Assembly: GCA_014728075.1 (NCBI GenBank) | Contig: WJMG01000027.1 | Coordinates: 696-64,695, forward strand | DNA: 64,000 bases | From: Candidatus Omnitrophota bacterium | GTDB taxonomy: Bacteria > Omnitrophota > Gorgyraeia > Tantalellales > Tantalellaceae | Reading direction: 5' to 3' | Part shown: positions 59,558 through 64,000 of the stretch, piece after piece | Position numbering within the stretch: the stretch's first letter is position 1 | How the letters are laid out: the number at the start of each line of letters is the position of its first letter | The notes under the pieces: generated by a model | Database searches by the model: none | Told to the model about the DNA's origin: nothing | The model's input: only the letters and a program-made list of their open reading frames with translations | Made by a program: the position numbers and the translations under genes

Positions 59558-60670
59558 TCATCCCCGAGGCAAGCTGAACGAAAAAGTACTTCCTTTGCCG
59601 TATTCGGACTCAACTTCTATCTCCCCGCCGTGTTCTCTCACTATCTTCCTGGAGATGGAAAGTCCCAGTCCCGTCCCTTCGGGCCTCGGCCCTTTTTCGG
59701 AATAGAACCTGGAAAATTTCTCGAAAAGCTTTTTTCTGTCCTCTTTTCTTATCCCCACGCCGGTATCCTGTACCGAAACGGTTATCTTCATCCCGTCAAA
59801 AGAGGTTGAAACCCTTACGCTGCCCTCTAAAGTGAATTTTATCGCATTCGTAAGCAGATTGGTGACGACGAGGGCTATCATGTTGCGGTCAAACCCGGCC
59901 TCGGGGATATTTTCATCAAGCTCTTTCTCCAGGGAGATCCCCTTGTCAACGGACATGGGCTCAAGCCTTGAAGCTACCTCATTCACCACGCGGTTGATAT
60001 CGTTGGGACGGATATCAAAAACCTGTTTACCGGACTCCATCACCTGCAGGCTCAGGACATCGTTGACAAGCATCATCATGTTATCGGCGCTCGAGCGTAT
60101 GCGCTCGAGTATCCTGAGGTCCGCTCCCTTCAGTTCATTCCCGGCGGACGATGCCAGAAGTTTCGAGCCTTCGTTTATTACCATAAGCGGAGTTTTGAGC
60201 TCATGCGAGACCATGGAAACGAAATCCGACTTCATCTTCATCGTATGCCGGAGCGCCTTTTCCGCCTTCTTGCGGGTGGTTATGTCCTGGAAGACCTCAA
60301 GCACCGCTTTCCTGCCCATATACATCATACCTGTATGGCTGACAAGGAAGGTCCTGCCTCCAAGCGCCCCGCTTATCTCAATGGTCCTGGTCTCGCCTGC
60401 ACGGACGCCCTCCTTTAACGGACACAACCTGCACTGTTCCTTATTATCCTTGTAAACCTCCCAGCACTTCTTTCCGACCGCGCTTTCGCCGAAAAGCGCG
60501 ATGAATTTTTCATTCATAAAAAGGATATTACCGTACTCGTCGACTATCTCCATGCCGAAAGGGATGGTCTTCAGGAGCGTCTGGCATAACTCGTTTACAC
60601 GGCTGACCTCCTCCGCGTCGCGTCTGCAGGCGTTAAGTTCCTGCCTTATTTCTCTGTCTTTGTTCTCCAT
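59558..60670 (-). CDS. Cytoplasmic PAS-domain sensor histidine kinase (orphan)
   Basis: It has H-box SHELKTP plus N, G1, F and G2 boxes. Its PAS carries C-x10-C-x2-C. Confidence 0.8.
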   Translation of the reverse strand: MENKDREIRQELNACRRDAEEVSRVNELCQTLLKTIPFGMEIVDEYGNILFMNEKFIALFGESAVGKKCWEVYKDNKEQCRLCPLKEGVRAGETRTIEISGALGGRTFLVSHTGMMYMGRKAVLEVFQDITTRKKAEKALRHTMKMKSDFVSMVSHELKTPLMVINEGSKLLASSAGNELKGADLRILERIRSSADNMMMLVNDVLSLQVMESGKQVFDIRPNDINRVVNEVASRLEPMSVDKGISLEKELDENIPEAGFDRNMIALVVTNLLTNAIKFTLEGSVRVSTSFDGMKITVSVQDTGVGIRKEDRKKLFEKFSRFYSEKGPRPEGTGLGLSISRKIVREHGGEIEVESEYGKGSTFSFSLPRG

Positions 60671-60674
60671 GAGG

Positions 60675-60775
60675 CTATTGTAACTCTAAGGGCGGGAATA
60701 GACAAGATAATAGCGTACAGCGTGTAGCGTATATAGCCTCGAGGCCGGAGGCTCGGGGCTGGAGGCCCGGGCTGG
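60675..60775 (+). repeat. Promoter-proximal repeat element, copy 4 (5' module only)
   Basis: It shares attgtaactc.a.gggg.gg.aatagacaaga.aatagcgtacagcgtgtagcg.atatagcctcgaggccggaggc with copy 3. Confidence 0.7.
60677..60705 (-). promoter_or_regulatory. sigma70-type promoter within repeat copy 4; histidine kinase predicted leaderless
   Basis: TTGTCT, a 17-nt spacer and TACAAT, with only 6 nt between the -10 and the ATG. Confidence 0.45.
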
Positions 60776-61189
60776 CTCTTGAGACAATGGACTATTGACA
60801 ATTGACCATGGACCGGCTTCGGATATCAGCTGGCAGCCTTAGTGTCAGAGTGTCAGAGTAAAACCGGACAACGGACCGCAATTTTTTGCTTTTATTTGAT
60901 TCCCGCTTACCCCATGCGGGAATGACATCTTTTACTTTTATTTTTAAAAATGGAAATTGTCATTCTCGACAAAGTCCCCGAAAGTTCACTGAACTTGAGA
61001 GGAGACGGGTTTGATCGGGGATCATATAAGAATAAACGCTCCATGCTCCCAGCGCCCTGCACCCGGCTCCTGCTCTGACACTGTGCCACTAGCGAGGAGA
61101 AGCCGAGCGATGACACTTTGACGCTTCACTGGAACGCCGGTGATCCAACTTGACGCCTGATCCTACTCCTTCAGGCTGAGAACAGACAC

Positions 61190-61220
61190 AGAAAAGGCGG
61201 GCCGAATGCCCGCCTTTTGC
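61190..61220 (-). terminator. Rho-independent terminator after giant protein gene
   Basis: AAGGCGGGC, loop cgaat, GCCCGCCTT, flanked by A and T runs. Confidence 0.65.
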
Positions 61221-61280
61221 ACTAAACGCTGTACCCTGCGCCCCTGAACCCGGACCTGCTCGCGTTAGCGGGCATTGACC

Positions 61281-64000
61281 TTACGCCGATATCAAGGTTG
61301 CCGAGACCTTGTCGTAATCAGGCACCTCGTAAGCCTCGATCGGTTTATAGGAAAGCACCGTTTTGATTATCCTGGCCACATCGTTGCGCATAAGGGCTTC
61401 CATGTACCCCGAGACAAGCTCATTCCTGTCGGCGCCCAGGCACGCTTTCATAAAGAACTCGAGCATTCTGCAAACCGCCGAATCTTCCGTGGTATCCAGC
61501 CCCGCTTTTCTGGCCAGGAGCATCAGCGCGTAAATATTTCTCCTGTAAGCGTGGCTTCTTTCTTCTTCTTTAAGTCCCCGGGTATCTATGAGCATGAATT
61601 TTATTCCGGGAGCCCAGCTCATAAGCCTCAGAAGCTCTTTCTCGTTTTCCTTTTCGTTGAAGCATTCAGGCAGCTGGACCATTACAGTCTCCGGGTCAAG
61701 ACCTTTAGATGATATAACGCCGAGTATCCTGTCGACTATACTGGCGGGACGGTCGGTCTTTACCCATTCCAGATCGAACCTGCTGCCGTACTCGTAAACA
61801 TCGTTTTCGTACTCTTCGGAGTTCCTGTAGAGATCGTTCATCACGAAAAGCGTGTATTCCTTTTCGAGCACGGGCCTGGCGAGAGAAACACCCGCTTCCT
61901 CAGCCGCCGGGAGTATACCCTCTATTTCGTTTTTTATGAAAACCTCAAGGGATCTTTCGACCTCTTCGCGAATTTCTCTTCCGCCTCCGCTTTCGCCTTC
62001 ACCATATACCCCGGACTCTCCGGAGGCGGTCCCGTGCTTTCCGTAACCCGTCTCTCCTTCAGAAAGAACAGGATTTTCGGACTTCGCTCCGGGCATATCT
62101 TCCTGTTTCATGGCATAGATCTCCAGCGCGGACCTCCAGGCTTCCGCGGCTTCTGACGCGGCGTCCTGCGAATCAGAATATTCTTTCAGCATGCTTTCTA
62201 TTTCACCGGATGCATCGGCATAGATACTATCCAGCATTCCTTCGGAGATTCTTACAAGATGTCCCCCGGTCCTTTCAAGTATTCCAGCCTCGATGATCCT
62301 CTCTCTTTCCCCGGCTATCTTTCCGGCATAAGAGACGACCTCCTCCCTGTAAGCCTCCGGATATCCGGCTGAAAGGATATTTTCGAGCACGATATCTATA
62401 AGATCGCTCTCTCTTCTATAAGCCATCTCGGCCAGCTGTTCCCTGTGAACACCCTTAATGCCTTCTTTACCTGCCGCTTTAAGTTTAAGGAACAGAGCAA
62501 ACTGGTCCAACTCTTCTTTTGCCGCGGTTTTCCAGTTCAGAAGCCTGTCTCCCTCATCATCCGACCGGGGCTCGTCTTCCCGGGGAAGACCTCCGGAGAA
62601 CACATTCCACTCTCCGCCCGGGCCTTTCCGCGCCAGTATGGAATGATCATCCCTGGCCCTGATAAGGCGTCCCTCTTCTCCCGGCACCCATTCGTACTGG
62701 TCCGCGGGGAATTTTGACGGCAGCGCCTTCTCGTTCCGGGGATCCGGTGTTTTTCCTTTTTCCAGGTTTTCCTCGGCTGCCGTCTGCTCAAGAGCGGCAA
62801 GAGTTTTGGCCGTCCCGGCCCCATCATCCTTTTTGAGGTCCTGTCTGCCGAAAAAAAGCCTCTTGACCATCCGCAAAGAAAGACGGCCTCTGTTCGCGTA
62901 AGCCAGGTCAAGCGTCCTTTCCTCTGATGCCGGTTTCCTTACAAGCTCCTGCCTGCCTCCGGACCAAAGACTACCCGTGATCCACTGCTTTATCTTTTTG
63001 GATATTTCCCATCTCTCAGGGCCTTCTCCATCCCTTCCTTTCTCAAGAGGTAACGGCGGCGCTTCTGACAAATGTGAGTGAGTGGGCTTGAGCGTTAAGG
63101 TCATATACATAGAGAAAAGAATCATCATCAAGCTTTTCTTTAATCCGAGCTTTTCCGACTCCTCCTCTCCTTCCGCCTTAAGGTCCTGCCTGCCTCCGGA
63201 CCATCTCCACCGCCCATAAAGTTCTTTAGCGACCACCACGGACAAGAGCATCAAACCTGCAGAGGCGATGTATAGAAAGGTTTTTGGAGCCCCCGCGGCC
63301 ACCAGGGCAAGCGTTGAGGCCGCCGCGATCCCGACAAGCGTGCCGACATAAGCGGAACCCCTTTCTTTCCTTCTATTATTCACATCTTTATCATCTTCAT
63401 GTTTGTCTCTATCTTCTTCAAGCTTTACCTTTGCAGGAAGGGGAAATTTTATCTCCATAGTAGGAGCATAACGCCTTGCTTGCGCCATGGCAATGTCCAC
63501 AGCATTAAACCATAATGTTAAACCTGCCGAAACAAGGATCATTGCATATATCTTCGCAACTTCCCTCTTGCCCATCTTAGCGGCCTTAAGCCCTAAGAAG
63601 GCTATGGGTATCGATCCTGTAAGATACAATGGAATGTTACCCATAAGTATAGCGGTCGTCAATAATAACGCTCCCGCCGTACAAGCAAGAACCGTTACCG
63701 GGACCGAACCCCTTTCGTTCCTTCTCGTTTTTTGCCTTGGTGCGCTTTCCCGCCGGATATCCTCTATATAGTTCCATTCCTCATCTAACAGGTAAGAGGC
63801 TTTGAGAATACCGTCCGCACTGTAAATGTCCTTCTCTATCCTGCCGTCCTCTCTTCTGTTGAATACGGCGTACTCGGTTATCTGTCCCGCCGCATCCACT
63901 TCCGCTTCGGCGATAAGGCTATCGTAGCTGTTGTACGCGTATATTTTTTTATACACCAGACCGGCGTCGTGATAATGCTTAAAGTAGGCTCCGTCCTCTC
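61281..64000 (-). CDS. Giant membrane protein, 5'-truncated; YD/RHS-like N-terminal region, internal WSGGRQ(D/E)L repeats, acidic C-terminus
   Basis: The frame stays open to the window edge, and the track start is a GTG. It has YD-like YAYNSYD, at least four TM helices and three GGRQ(D/E)L repeats. Confidence 0.55.
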   Translation of the reverse strand, partial: EDGAYFKHYHDAGLVYKKIYAYNSYDSLIAEAEVDAAGQITEYAVFNRREDGRIEKDIYSADGILKASYLLDEEWNYIEDIRRESAPRQKTRRNERGSVPVTVLACTAGALLLTTAILMGNIPLYLTGSIPIAFLGLKAAKMGKREVAKIYAMILVSAGLTLWFNAVDIAMAQARRYAPTMEIKFPLPAKVKLEEDRDKHEDDKDVNNRRKERGSAYVGTLVGIAAASTLALVAAGAPKTFLYIASAGLMLLSVVVAKELYGRWRWSGGRQDLKAEGEEESEKLGLKKSLMMILFSMYMTLTLKPTHSHLSEAPPLPLEKGRDGEGPERWEISKKIKQWITGSLWSGGRQELVRKPASEERTLDLAYANRGRLSLRMVKRLFFGRQDLKKDDGAGTAKTLAALEQTAAEENLEKGKTPDPRNEKALPSKFPADQYEWVPGEEGRLIRARDDHSILARKGPGGEWNVFSGGLPREDEPRSDDEGDRLLNWKTAAKEELDQFALFLKLKAAGKEGIKGVHREQLAEMAYRRESDLIDIVLENILSAGYPEAYREEVVSYAGKIAGERERIIEAGILERTGGHLVRISEGMLDSIYADASGEIESMLKEYSDSQDAASEAAEAWRSALEIYAMKQEDMPGAKSENPVLSEGETGYGKHGTASGESGVYGEGESGGGREIREEVERSLEVFIKNEIEGILPAAEEAGVSLARPVLEKEYTLFVMNDLYRNSEEYENDVYEYGSRFDLEWVKTDRPASIVDRILGVISSKGLDPETVMVQLPECFNEKENEKELLRLMSWAPGIKFMLIDTRGLKEEERSHAYRRNIYALMLLARKAGLDTTEDSAVCRMLEFFMKACLGADRNELVSGYMEALMRNDVARIIKTVLSYKPIEAYEVPDYDKVSATLISA

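Noticed and set aside
60960-61040. RNase P RNA-like AAAGUCC segment (gacaaagtccccgaaag)
   Set aside because: It lacks the universal GGAAAGUCCGGGCU P4 context and other conserved RNase P regions, so it is a coincidental match.
60907-61116. 69-aa minus-strand ORF
   Set aside because: Low-complexity Ser/Arg-rich translation with no RBS, in a region more consistent with a non-coding or sRNA locus.

Overview
This is a moderately GC-rich, almost fully coding stretch of a bacterial chromosome. The cell-envelope type is diderm (Gram-negative-like), judged from lpxA, a C-terminal-Phe beta-barrel outer-membrane protein and prepilin-type proteins. About 60 of 67 genes are on the minus strand.

Gene content in order:
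- Start of the dcw cell-division cluster (1-6100): sigma70 promoter, three 10-bp-phased MraZ boxes, mraZ, two small ORFs, rsmH, ftsL, ftsI, murE, then the 5' part of murF, which continues past the window start.
- 6280-9050: a PilZ protein, a PC4-like protein, and an NSS transporter with a translationally coupled 34-aa single-TM micro-subunit.
- 9050-12400: a GH130 phosphorylase, a ParA/MinD-type ATPase fused to a CBM48 (AMPK-beta-like) glycogen-binding domain, and a divergent membrane beta-sandwich protein.
- 12500-21900: a Zincin_1 protein, a YhaM-like OB-HD nuclease, a UvrD helicase fused to a Cas4/AddB-like nuclease, and a sulfur-amino-acid operon (Rrf2 regulator, metY, cysK, metX, metW).
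- greA, then two tandem secreted GH-A clan glycoside hydrolase paralogs; the first sits behind a candidate c-di-GMP-I (GEMM) riboswitch.
- A YlaK (PIN-PhoH) protein, flavodoxin, nitroreductase, NUDIX, SuhB, an endonuclease III-like protein, an M48 peptidase, a HEAT-repeat protein and lpxA.
- A PHP phosphoesterase, a Tpx-PCD fusion, a U32 peptidase, a GH100-like hydrolase and a xylFGH-like ABC sugar transporter.
- fxsA, ppiB, an ABC-F ATPase, gpmA, fbaB, a DksA-like protein, a prepilin-like protein, an orphan PAS histidine kinase, and a 5'-truncated giant RHS/YD-like membrane protein.

No rRNA, tRNA, CRISPR array or transposase was recognised.

The most unusual items are:
1. The ParA-CBM48 fusion locus.
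2. A modular repeat family of about 100-140 bp found four times, always just upstream of a promoter and in the same orientation relative to the downstream gene. It carries variable hexamer (TCTACC-like) tracts.
3. The GEMM riboswitch candidate in front of one of two duplicated hydrolase genes.
4. Several domain fusions (Tpx-PCD, helicase-Cas4-like nuclease).
5. Two small ORFs inserted between mraZ and rsmH.
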